DNA from: Phoronis australis
Taxonomy: Eukaryota > Animalia > Phoronida
Reading direction: 5' to 3'
DNA length: 64,000 nucleotides
NCBI GenBank assembly: GCA_002633005.1
Contig: NMRA01000312.1
Coordinates: forward strand, 143,850-207,849
Shown here: in pieces, positions 1 to 27,543 of the stretch
Layout of the letters: each line of letters opens with the position of its first letter
How positions within the stretch are numbered: the stretch's first letter is position 1
Position numbers and translations under genes: made by a program
Notes under the pieces: model-generated
Told to the model about the DNA's origin: nothing
Seen by the model: only the letters and a program-made list of their open reading frames with translations
Database searches by the model: none

Positions 1-186
1 ATCGTGGTATAATATCCTATATCTAATATCGTGGTATAATATCCTATATCTAATATCGTGGTATAATATCCTATATCTAATATCGTGGTATAATATCCTA
101 TATCTAATATCGTGGTATAATATCCTATATCTAATATTGTGGTATAATATCCTATATCTAATATTGTGGTATAATATCCTATATCT
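1..186. repeat. 27-bp minisatellite (ATCGTGGTATAATATCCTATATCTAAT)n, truncated by the window edge
   Basis: About 7 near-identical copies. Confidence 0.97.
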
Positions 187-402
187 CAGTCAGCTGTTTC
201 TTCAATGACTGTGAGCGCATGCCCACATTTACCACAAATGGGAGGAAGAAACTCAGTGGTGACTACAGAGTTTTCCTTCACTCGTATTTCAAAAATTGTG
301 AATTTTCATAAAAATTCTCTCACAGGGGAAAGTGAATAGTAGTAAACATGGCGAGATAGTACTTTTATTTAAGAGATAACATCATGTTTTGGCCAAAGTA
401 TG

Positions 403-678
403 ATTAGAAAATGGACAATCCCCGCACAAATAAAAAAGTTCATGTTAACTCAACGTTTCATCTATTCATAAGACATCATCAGGATATGTACAGTAGGACA
501 ACAAGTGTCGATTAACATTCAAATCACATGCATGTGGTGAAATGAAATCTCTCACTCTCATTCCACCACATGGATGTGATTTGAATGTTGTCCTACAGTA
601 CATTATCCTGATGATACCTTATGAATAGACGGAACATTGAGTTAACATGAACTTGCGCGGCGATTGTCCGTTTTCTAA
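403..678. mobile_element. Foldback/MITE-like long inverted repeat
   Basis: Arms ATTAGAAAATGGACAATC...CATGTGGTGAAATGA and TCATTCCACCACATG...GATTGTCCGTTTTCTAAT are reverse complements with small indels. Confidence 0.75.
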
Positions 679-837
679 TGTTTAAAAGATATTTATGATG
701 AGCTTTTGTATTCCATAACGTCTTTAAATTGAGCACAAACATATTAGATTCCTGGTTATTTTGTGTACTGATATCCTCTTCCATGTTAAGTACTGTTCAC
801 TTGACATGTATTTGCTATCCAAGGTAAAATAGAAACT

Positions 838-1004
838 GACGTGAATGGCCCAGCAAAGACCCATATCTTGGTAGTGCTTCCCTTCTATTGAGCAAACACT
901 ATGTCCTGCTGGGGACTCAATGCAGTCTATTTCGTCATTTGTGTTCAGTGAAAAAAAAAAAACACAGAACCAAGATGTGGCTCATTTGCTAGGTCATTAA
1001 CATC
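838..1004. mobile_element. Small MITE-like element with ~35-bp inverted ends
   Basis: GACGTGAATGGCCCAGCAAAGACCCATATCTTGGT matches the reverse complement GATGTTAATGACCTAGCAAATGAGCCACATCTTGGT. Confidence 0.6.
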
Positions 1005-1018
1005 TTCAATATTACGCG

Positions 1019-1117
1019 TACATGTGAGAGTCGTACCTCTACCAGTGAATCAGGCAGAGTGTAGCTGTACAATGTACATGTGAGTCGTAACTCTACCAGT
1101 GAATCAGGCAGAGTGTA
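1019..1117. repeat. Direct duplication, ~56-bp period
   Basis: TACATGTGAG..TCGTA.CTCTACCAGTGAATCAGGCAGAGTGTA occurs twice. Confidence 0.9.
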
Positions 1118-1164
1118 AATAACAAATCTTTGGTGTGGCCATGCTTTTAAAATGCACAACTACT

Positions 1165-1690
1165 TAATAAAACAACTACGGTTTTAAATCGACTTGACAT
1201 ATTTTGGTGTCATTTATTCAAACACCATCATCAGAAGAGAGAATACAGTGGCCACCTAGCTAGGCCCAGCAACAAGTGATGAAACCGGCACAGTGACATA
1301 GTCAGTTACAGGGAGTGACAATAAACTAGATCAACAATGACAACCTGTGGTGTGTCAGTTGCCTATTGAGATTGGGCTTGCACCAACTGATGTGTAAAGC
1401 CTCACGAATTTTAAACTCCTTTGTCGTTTTTGCTTGGTATATTATTGCAAAGTCAATGAAAGAGCATTGCTGATAACAATGATTGGAGCTCTGTAGATGA
1501 ATATTTACATGTGAACCTCTGTCAGACTTAAGATGTTCCCTGGTCCTGGTTTTAAAATGGCGAACAGTTTCACACATATAACTGGAGCCACATCCAGCAC
1601 AGATAAATTTGTACACTACCCTGGACTGTAGACCCATAGGAATTTTGTCCTTAGGGTTAAATAAATTCGTCAGTTTTAGAGACTTCCCAA
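1165..1690 (-). mobile_element. Penelope-like retroelement 3' fragment (GIY-YIG endonuclease plus pLTR)
   Basis: Encodes VVYKFICAGCGSSYMCETVRHFKTRTREHL...KIREALHISWCKPNLNRQ, followed by a decayed hammerhead motif and ATTAAG. Confidence 0.88.
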
Positions 1691-2540
1691 GAACATTCTT
1701 CACACCTCCGAGCAATCAATAAGTCTAAGCACACAAGGTCAGGTATAATTCCTAATAATTCTGCAACATTTGCTACATTTCATGCATGCAGACCCGATGC
1801 AGGCAACATTAGTCGCACATTAAGGTTACTATAAGCTATACAGCCAGTATGGCAGCTTCTTACTCATCATTTTCATTGAGAAAACATCTGCAGGGGGAAT
1901 TGATGGTCATGACAGGCAAATGGCAATTTGTCCGTTTTCTTTTAGCGAGTAGTGTTATGGCAGCAAATGGTAGTCACGGTGAACTAATAATATTCTAGCG
2001 CTGGTAATCATATGCCTACCCACACTCTAACGCATGTAACTCTGTCATCATCTTACGTCACTCAAATACAGTCCTGAACACATATTAACAACATTACACT
2101 CCAAAAGTATTCAGACAAAATGGCCCTAAATTCCCCGTCACAACTGCTGGCCGAAGCCAAATTTATTGTCAGAGTAGTCTCCCCTGATAACCAAGACTGA
2201 AGGAGAATTAACAAGATAGTTAGTACAGATGGCAAACTCATTCTGTAATTAGAATTTTGCTTAATAGTTAATAACCAGTAATTTTTGTTTTTAATCGGAT
2301 TAGCCGTCATGGCAGGGAAAATGGTATTTTGTCTTGTGTGGCACAACAGAGAGAATGTGTACTGCAACAGTACCATCATCCTGACAACACAATAACTACA
2401 GCACAGAGACTCTTTACCAACCACAGACTAACAAGTACTGCTCCATCAACCTGTGCCAGTCAACTGTAATCCTGACAACGCAATAACAACAACACAGAGA
2501 CTCTGTACTGCCCACAGACACAAAAAATATCACTCCATCA

Positions 2541-2725
2541 TCAACTTATGCCAGTCCATTGTAGTGAAGTGAAGAACAGTTCATCATCTTTAAGAGCACA
2601 CAGCAACAAAGTTTTCTTAACGTTCGATGCCAGGCGACCCATGGCCACCATGTCTAGGGGACTCATATCCTGACAGAACGGCACACAGCGCGCGATAAAC
2701 ATAGAGTGGAATCTCAGAGGATCAC
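2541..2725 (-). CDS. TSEN34: TSEN34 terminal exon
   Basis: Encodes GDPLRFHSMFIA...MGRLASNVKKTLLLC...TSLQWTGIS*; acceptor ttctag|. Confidence 0.95.
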
Positions 2726-5700
2726 CTAGAAGCAAAACACTCCTGGTAATGGGCAACATAATTTTGATGAAAATTTTCCAACAAAAATTTCTTACTGCAT
2801 AGAATGGATATAATACATTTTAATGAATGTCATAAATGGTAATCAAAAAAGTTCCCAACCAATGTGTCATTGAGCAAGGGGTAGTCTGACAATCAGGGTT
2901 TGGAATGACCCATGACAAAAAAGAGGAATTTTTTACGGCCCTAAATACACAATTCAATCTAAACCATACCTCAACAGATCAAAAGCAAACATTAGTACTA
3001 CAAGATGCCCTGTTACTGTGTCGTGTTGGCAAAACGAGCTCATCTTAAGCAGTACCTGACATCTATTTCAGCAACAACAATGAAGGCAATTAGATGCAAC
3101 AAAAGATATTTTTTAAAATTAAAATAATAAAGATAATGATGAAAAATTTGCAGTGTGAGTGGCAGGAGCTTATTCTTGATTTGCTGCAGGGAGACCGAAA
3201 AAACTATTTTCAATTCTTATAATTACAAAACAAAATTACAAAAAAAATTGAAAATCGATCCCTACATTATCAAGAAAGCCTGAAATACATACACATTTAA
3301 TTACAACAAACAGTTTAATTCCAATGACTGCAAATGGAAAAAAGTCGAGACAAAAACCTGTGGCTCATACCCCAACTGTTACCATGGAAAAATGAAAGTC
3401 GAAAATAACATACTTTAAACTATAGAATGCATCAATCGCAATCCTAAGTTGGCCAAACCTATGACCAATATCACTCCCAGGCCAAACTTTTCAGTTTCAA
3501 ACAGTAATTACAGGAGTTAATTGTTCATACGCCACGCTGGTGTAGAAGAAACTATGTGATAAGAAATAACTACCAGGACACTGAAAATAGGCTGGCAGAA
3601 TTTGTAAACAATGGCTTAGACCAATCGGATCATTCAGAATCTGTCACGTGATCACTTCTCTTGAACTGCAAAACTCGAGTCACAAAATAGAACACAAAAA
3701 ATGTCAAAATAAATTGAAATACATAAAAGGTAATTTAAAACACATTTGCAGTAAGGAAAATACCACTTTGTATCCTGTTTCGGCGGCACGTAGAAAACCG
3801 CACTCAGCACTAGCAGTAGCAGCCAACGCCGGGCAACGGACGTGCATGAGGGATCAAACAAAAGAATTTCGTACATCACTCACATCCCACGATTGAATTT
3901 CCTATCAGAAGCGTTGTTATTTCTAGTGTTTCATCGTTTTCAGTCGGTCCTCCGACTCCAACTTAGTCCAAGCCCAAGACGACTCGGCGGAAACGCAATC
4001 CGTAATTGTTCCTCTCTCAAAGTTTACAGAGCACAAACCTGTTTGTGAAGACATTGACCGTTTCTTTTATCCACTTTTTCCATGAAATATTCAGTCTACT
4101 CCATGCTCCACGCATTTTTAACAGCAGAATCGCACTATTTGTCACCGCGATTTTATACCAAATGCAGATGCCATTGATGAACCACGCTATCCCAGGCATA
4201 GGCACTTGGATTTATCTATTCCTGGATTGCCACTGACGTCACCCACTACTAAGAAAACATGTTTCTTCTAATATGGTTACGAGTCATCGGCAGATTCTAG
4301 CGCCTGTGATCCGCAATTATAATTTTTGTTCCTCCGAAACATAAAGAGCAGTTTCCGCTTTTCTAGTCGTCAGCAACCGTGGCCGCGGTGAGAAACCAAT
4401 TTACCGCGATAATTTTATAGCAAATCCTATTTTTCCGTGTAACTATAACAAAAATACGCGGATCGAATAAAAGAAAAAAGCAGAAATCCGCGTTTCCGCG
4501 GACAATTCCAAGCCTTGACAATAACGTGCACATTAAGAATTTACTGCAGCCCAAAATTTTCAAAAACTGAAAAAAAGTCGTGCCATGGAAAGGAGGGAGT
4601 TTCCAGACAGGCAAATGAGTTGCTCACCAAACAACTATGGCCATCACGTTGTCGTTAAAATTTCTACAGAACGGACACACAAACTTATGCAAAAACTTAC
4701 AAGTTTTCAAAAAATGTATGTCCGTGTCCCATGCTAATTAACAGACAGAGCAAAATCCTCTTTTTACCTGGATAGACAAGGAAGTCTCCACCAAACTTCC
4801 CTCCAGCTGTCAAAAAATAACCTTGTTCCCACAAGTCCTTGAACACCCTGTATCTCAATCTGTCATGGTCAGTCTGAGGAAATATCCATGATCTGTCAAA
4901 TGGCTTTACCATCTTCAAGGGAGGTGGAGTTTCTGAAATAGACCAATAGTGCAAATGTTAGCAAAGCCAATGTAAGAGTGATTCCACAGTATTTGAAGTT
5001 GCTGAGACATACAATACAAGACAAAAGTAATCAGACAAAATATTGTTTTCTGTCATGACGGCTAATTCTATTAACAGACTGTTAATAACCAGTCATAAAA
5101 TATCTTAGCCGCCTTACTAACTTTCCTGTTAATTTCCCTTTATTCTCAGTAATGAGGAAAGATTACTCCGACAAAGTATTTGGCTTCCACCCAGTTGTCA
5201 TGATGAGGAAGTTAATGTCTTTTTGTCTGTCTGAGTACTTTTGGCTTGTACTGGAGTGTCCAATTAGTCGATTCCATAGTATCTTGCCCTTCCCATTTAA
5301 ATTAAATAATAAAGCTTTTTGCCCAGAAACAAACAACAGAGTGGAGTGCAAAGTTAAAAGTGGCTGACGTGAATCCACATTCCATTCAAGAAGCAAACTT
5401 TTTTACTATACAATTGGTCTCAACTTGTTCCTTGCTCAGACGAGAAGTGATTTCCGAATTTGCAAGAAACTGCCAGTTCCTTATTCTCCGAGATCATAAT
5501 CGGTGTACAGAATAAGTCACCATGACTAACCAATTAGTGGAACACGATCTCAAACAATAACGAATTGCCAGTTCTTTTAAAGCCCACAAATCACATCCAA
5601 TTTTAATTGACTGAGAAACAATTGAGGCCAATTTCATATTACGAAAGTGGTCTAAATGAAAAGATAACTGATGTGATGAAGTATTACATATAATGACCAC

Positions 5701-8700
5701 TTTATCAAATGACTATAATGTCAAAAGGGCATTTTGTCAAACGCGATTTCTAAATCAAAGAGCTTTGGGGTTAATAAAAATAACCACACTCATCTGATCC
5801 TGGTTTTTTCTGAATGAGCAACTAAGTCAAGCCACAGGAAAGGCATACTTGTACGCAATTTTAAGGTTGATTAACCCTAAAAAATTTTGAAGTGTTTTCA
5901 TGAGTTGTGGAGGGTTTCGATGATCTTCTTGGTAAGGAATTTTATGAGCTAAAAAGATTCAATCCATTTTTTTGTTTTTCCATGGCTAAATATTGAGAAA
6001 AGTTAAGTTTATATTAATCAATGTGAATACCACCAATTAACTTTATGTTGAGCACCGTTTTGGTAATATCAACATTACCTTAGGACATCCCATTTCACAC
6101 CATGGCAAATTTCCTGTGTTTAATTTTCAGACCCTTACAAAAACTTGAGTAGTGAAATGAGGCAAGTTAACATTGTCTTCCTATTTTCTGTAGATATGCT
6201 ATGGTTAGAATGAAGCTCATAGGTGTTACGTTTGGCTTGGTTAACTGCTTCATTCTTTTTCAATACTACTTTGAAGTTGGCTATTTTTCACCACCTGATT
6301 TAGCACTTAATATAATTTCCATATAAATGTAGTCGTCTCAGAAATGGTCCCTGTTGCTGACTGCATACCTAAAGCATACCTAAATGGTCCCTGTTGCTGA
6401 CTGCATACCTAAAGCATACCTAAATGGTCCCTGTTGCTGACTGCATACCTAAAGCATACCTAAATGGTCCCTGTTGCTGACTGCATACCTAAAGCGATCT
6501 GTATGAGTGAGCTATTCTCTGACAGGGGAGTGAACTCCAGATCTGACTGAAGCAAACCATCAGTGTGTGCAATACTTTGCTGCCCACTTCCATACACTAC
6601 ATCTTCTTCTTCTTTATCTCCTTCATGACTTCTTGCCCTTGTTGCTTCACTACTCTCTGTCTGCTGTTCATACTTGTGTTTTCTACCCTCAATGATTTGA
6701 TCCTTATGCTGCAGCACTGCGTTAAGCCGTTGTGTTCTTGCCGCTTCTACCTAAAATGAACACATTAAGGTAAGCTTGTGTACTTTATTACACTTACACC
6801 TAGGCCTCTAGTGCTCATCACAACTGAAAATTCAAACTCAACTGGAATTATGAAGTTCATGGACATGTTCAAAAATCCATGTCCATATTATGGGCAACTG
6901 ATGTGTTAACTCTGGGACTAAATGCATTGAAGTGATAGCAAAAGTCCAAGTTGTCCTAATCTGCTTAAGAAATGACGAATCTCCCAATACTTAAGCTTTC
7001 AAATTTGATGCAATTACGCCAAACTCGTCACTGACTCAAAGCTGTGATGAGTCAAAACAGATTGTGGAGAATAATATCAATATCCCACGGTACTCTCATG
7101 AGTCTACACTGACAAAGCTTTATGCCATTCAGGGCTTGGGGTCTCGTCTCCGACCTCTAAATCTAACTCATTTTTGACATTTCCATGCTATTTCAGTACA
7201 AACTCAAGGTAAGTGTCTATGTTGCACACTGAGGTATTGTTTATGCCGACAAGTTTCCAAGTTCCCACTTGACGACCTCAAAATTAAAGCTCAAAGTACG
7301 TCCAAACATGGTGCAAATGTAGACTGTAAAGTCATCAGCATGAATCATTAAAAGCATATGCGAGACCACAATCACAGATACCTATCTTAAATTTGTACCA
7401 AAGAAGAGGAGAAAATTTCAAGAACAGAAATGCAGAGCGTTGATATGTTCCCACCGTGTCCATTGTAAACAGCAATGATTTAACAAAAGCACATTTTTAA
7501 CACATTAGTCAAATTCCACCAAGAACTTGGTAGTTATCAAGTCAGATCTAATATCAACTTGTCACTAGGGGCTGCTTAAGTAGTCAGATTCTTCCAAAAA
7601 TCAACTTAATGCAAAATTTTCTAATTTTAATTTTCTTTGGGACTCAGTATCTCAACAAGAAGAAATGCATTATATGCAATTCTATCTCTCCTGATTTATG
7701 AGCAGTTAGAATCAACAAGGGAGAAGCACTGCTTTAATACCAAGAGATATGATAGGAAGTCTCACTTGAAACAAACTGAAACAACACTGTACCTGTTGAG
7801 AGAAACTAAACTTCCTCATTTGCCTAAATTCTTCAACTGCCTCTTCACAAGGTACTTCGAGTCTTGCTTCCACAAGCCTTCCAAAACCTTCAAATAAAAA
7901 CAGTTTAATAACACCAATCAGATAAGATAAGATAAGATAAGATAAGATATCAATAAGATAAGACAAGGTATTAATAATAATATAAGATAAGATTCTTTAC
8001 GTAGAGAGATAAAAACATGTTAAGAATAGCTTGTCTACCACATGGTCATCTAAAACAATCAACAAGAACAAGGTATATAATACAATATTAATAATGGAGA
8101 TTAATTAAAAATAAATAAAAACAACTTTAGGATGAAATATATACAGATGAGACTGACTAAATACAATAGAATAATAATTATTATAAATAGTAAATATTAT
8201 AATTATACATACAATTTACTAAGTGAAAGATAAGAGGGATTGTTTAAATAATTTAAGACACTCAATATGAAAAAAAACAACAAAGAAATACACAATGTTT
8301 GATAAAACAAAACAATATGTTATGCTTACTTCCTTTTGAATTAAGGAATTAAATTTCATTTAACATATGTATTACATTTATTACATTTATCAAACCTACA
8401 TTCACATGCAGAGAAGTCAGTGGGTCATTATGTAGACAGGGGTTGCAAGTAAAAGAAACAGTCAGCAGAGCTGATTTGCAAACTAATATGCTTGTAATGT
8501 ATTCAGCTGATTTATTCGAGGGCAAAAGTTATTGGAGGCCAGGACTGGCATAAGAGCAAAATAGCTATTATAATTACACACGGATGTTTCTTTAAAACTG
8601 CTGTGAACCTACCTTCACTCAAAAAAATAAAATATTGAATAAAACCACTTTTTAAGAAATTGGTCTGAACTTGTTACTTGCACTTAATTAGAGGTGATTT

Positions 8701-10953
8701 CTTCACTTGGGAAGAAGTGACAGCTTGTTACTGCTTGATACTAAACTAAACAAGCTCTTGTCATGGCTTGTCATTTTATGCGTTGAGCCTGATCTGAAGC
8801 TGTTGTGTCACTTCAATCCAAGCTATAATGATCACCTCTGACTTGAGTAAGGAACAAGTAGTCGAGACCAACTTCATAACTGTAAGTCTTAGTGGTTTCA
8901 ATAAAAAGCTAAATGTTTCTGAACCTTATCGAAACATCCACTTAATCATGCATCAAAAAACTTAAGATTTTCTGCAAACGAAACTTCCACACATGAAAAA
9001 TTTTTCAACAACACATTCCTGACAGGATATCAGAGCCTCAGTGGCTTCATCACACTTCCAATAACCTTTTTCAATAAGTAAGGTGGTTTCCTCCTCCATG
9101 AGTTGCAATGGCAATCCTAGCTGAATGTTCTGTCTTGGAGCTCGAGGTAGACATCCAACAAGTGATCCTGTAATCCTGTACTTCTCGCGAACTTCACAAG
9201 CATCTTGAAAAAACAAATGAACAAGTTCTGAACACTCAGGGCCCTAGGTCACCTGTGGGGAAAGGTGTCCAAGCCTTCTGAGAGGGGGATTTTTGTTAGG
9301 ATGAGGGGGAATTCTCGTTCTCCAAATGGTCATCACCAATTCCACTTCCTCACAATTAATAAAACATTCTGAAGCTGAGGGTCTGAGTGAATTAAAGTAA
9401 TTTTAACCTTGATAGTAATTGTTTAATCACTTGAGGTGAATTTTCGGACTTCATGAGGGAAATTCTGCATGAATTTTAACTATTTTTACAAAAGAAAGGG
9501 CCAATATTCAAGGCATTGATGGCCCTGAGACTGCAGAATAACCATCAAGGGCCCTGACACTTCAGAATGAGCATTGAGGGCCCCAGTCGAGACAGTGATG
9601 ATTTTCGTCAAATTATGCCTCACACTGATTAAAACACGTAGCTATAAGTACCTTGCACATAGAGGGACAGCTAAGGAGGCCAACAATGTCTCTTAAAATC
9701 CTTCCAACTTGAATAAATACTCCAGGAGCACGAGCAGGGGAAAAATTACCAGTTGACGGTTTGGGCAACTGAATGAAGAACCGCTCGAAAAAAAGTTTGA
9801 GTACGGGTGTATTTGTTCAAGATGGAAGGAATTTAAGATATCGACAGTCTCCTAAGGTGTCCCTCTATGTGTAAAAGGTACTTATACTAGCAACGTCACT
9901 TTTATGTTTTATGAAAGAGTGAGATATAAATTAATTCGTTGAAAACTTCCTGCGTATGAAGCACCTATAAGAGCATCGGCACTGGTCGGATATAGCGATC
10001 CCTAATTTCGAGAACCAGGCAATCACTGAATAACGGGCCCATATCTACTGAGGCCAGCCGAGATGGCACTGTCTACTCTACGCAATTACATCACCCTGGA
10101 TGCCGCAGGCATACAGGGGCGATAGTACATCCCCACAAATAGTTAAGAATTTCAAAATACAGGAAATAAAATCAAATGAAACATGCACAAATGCATATGG
10201 AGTTATAATTAACACGGCCATGACTCTGAATACAATTTAGTCAACATAACTTGAACATATAAATGAAAATCTGTCACGGCTCGCTCCAGTTTCTCTCACG
10301 GGGTGCCATTTTAAGAAAGTTACGTGAAATGACGCCTGTTGATGAACAAAAAGTCCAAGGGACACAAATTCCACCTGATATCTACCCAATTGTCATGCGC
10401 CAAGTCACGCAGTTCGCTCAGTCTCGCGCTAGTCTTCGCCTAACTCACGTGAGTTGCAATATTTTGTGGTTATCGTGCGCGCGGTGAAAAAGTTAATGGT
10501 GACCAAAAAGTGGAGTTGGAATTCTTCTCCAAAGTCACCTTAATTCTAGTAGATATGCTTCATTGAATACATGTGTTGATGTGTAGAAGCAGAAAGGATC
10601 ACTGAAGAAAGTAAGCTCATTTTTAAGTGATAGTTTTAAATGTAGAGTGTATTTTTGACGAGGTGAAAACTCTTAATCAGTGGCTAGATTTGGGACGAAA
10701 TTCGTACAGAAAGCGGTGAGAAGTATTGTAGCCCCTAACCAGCCAACCCTGGGACTACGAATTGCCTATTTCTACACTTGGCACTTGTCAAGTTTTTGTT
10801 CGTCCACATGATTGAAATTGAAAACCCCGACAAGTTTAAACTAGAGAACAGGCGTAACAACGATGGTGACCGGACCATCCGTATTGTGTTTCATATACCT
10901 TGGGCACTCCATATATATGTCTTGCCATGAGATAAAGTGATATCGACCACCAT
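2541..10953 (-). CDS. TSEN34: tRNA-splicing endonuclease subunit Sen34; complement(join(2541..2725,4768..4932,6489..6750,7793..7887,9066..9203,10899..10953)), 900 nt, 299 aa
   Basis: The six exons have GT-AG junctions with compatible phases and sum to 900 nt. The protein has the Sen34 N-terminal motif (RITGSLVGCLPRAPRQNIQLGLPLQLMEEE) and the catalytic domain (GGKFGGDFLVYPGDPLRFHS...GRLASNVKKT), with the Tyr/His/Lys triad present. Confidence 0.95.
2894..4517. mobile_element. 1.6-kb non-autonomous DNA transposon in TSEN34 intron 5
   Basis: Terminal inverted repeats CAGGGTTTGGAAT / CAAGGCTTGGAAT, flanked by a 5-bp target duplication ACAAT (2889-2893 and 4518-4522). Confidence 0.65.
4768..4932 (-). 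CDS. TSEN34: TSEN34 exon 5
   Basis: Encodes WIFPQTDHDRLRYRVFKDLWEQGYFLTAGGKFGGDFLVYPG; GT-AG ends. Confidence 0.95.
6342..6495. repeat. 40-bp tandem repeat overlapping the TSEN34 exon 4 donor
   Basis: (AAATGGTCCCTGTTGCTGACTGCATACCTAAAGCATACCT) x ~3.9. Confidence 0.97.
6489..6750 (-). CDS. TSEN34: TSEN34 exon 4 (variable linker)
   Basis: Acceptor ttttag|; encodes VEAARTQRLNAVLQHKDQIIEGRK...SSLIQIAL; donor G|gtatgc; phase 0 to 1. Confidence 0.85.
7793..7887 (-). CDS. TSEN34: TSEN34 exon 3
   Basis: Acceptor tttgaag|; encodes GFGRLVEARLEVPCEEAVEEFRQMRKFSFSQQ; donor CAG|gtacag. Confidence 0.85.
7920..7993. repeat. (GATAA)n microsatellite
   Basis: AGATAAGATAAGATAA..., degenerating to the right. 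Confidence 0.9.
9066..9203 (-). CDS. TSEN34: TSEN34 exon 2
   Basis: Acceptor tttcaag|; encodes DACEVREKYRITGSLVGCLPRAPRQ...LLIEK; donor G|gttatt. Confidence 0.92.
9578..10077. mobile_element. Palindromic MITE, same family as 63375-63785, with a nested fragment
   Basis: Shares AATTATGCCT[C/T]ACACTGATTAAAAC...AGAGGG...AAAAGGTACTTATA and CACTGTCTAC with the 63.4-kb copy; 9978-10040 matches the 11850-11971 MITE. Confidence 0.7.
10899..10953 (-). CDS. TSEN34: TSEN34 coding exon 1 (MVVDITLSHGKTYIWSAQ)
   Basis: ATG at 10953-10951; donor G|gtatat; phase 1 matches exon 2. Confidence 0.85.
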
Positions 10954-11320
10954 CTCACAGGACTTTAGCTTAGAAGCAACGTTCGAACATTGCGCCAACA
11001 AGTTTTCCACTCAGCTGTGAGATTTAGCGACACCTAGTGTCATTTATTTTACTTAATTTTGTTTCTAAAATTGCTTTGGAAAAGTTAATGCCAAAGAAAT
11101 AGGTTTTATAATATTTTACAAATTGTATGTTCAAATATAAAATGTACTTATTACCGAAAGTCAAACAATAGAAAAGATTATTTGGAGACTGTCACGTGAT
11201 TTAAATGCCCGCTCTTTAAATCACGTGGTACAGTTTCGCGCGAAATTGACAGGTTGCCTTTGCCGTTCTCAGTTGGGTTCCACTGAAGGTTTCTGTTTTT
11301 TTTACCGAAAATCGTTAGAA
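10954..11320. promoter_or_regulatory. Bidirectional promoter for TSEN34 and MCM3
   Basis: 367 bp between divergent ATGs, CpG-rich. Contains CACGTG E-boxes at 11193 and 11222, a palindromic double E2F site TTTCGCGCGAAA at 11234-11245, and TTTAAA (CHR-like) at 11200 and 11215. Confidence 0.8.
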
Positions 11321-27401
<16,081 letters not shown>

Positions 27402-27537
27402 TATGTGTTGCGAGGTTGTTTTTTATTGAACGGCTTGACAAATACTCTGAAAATTTGTAAATACGCTCATCTCTTTTGCTTTAGGGAAATGTCAGGGACT
27501 GTTAGAAAATATCCTTCCTGATTGTGCTTGGAATTGA

Positions 27538-27543
27538 AATAAA
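27538..27543 (+). terminator. Candidate MCM3 polyadenylation signal
   Basis: AATAAA about 140 nt after the stop; a second lies near 27659-27664. Confidence 0.45.
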
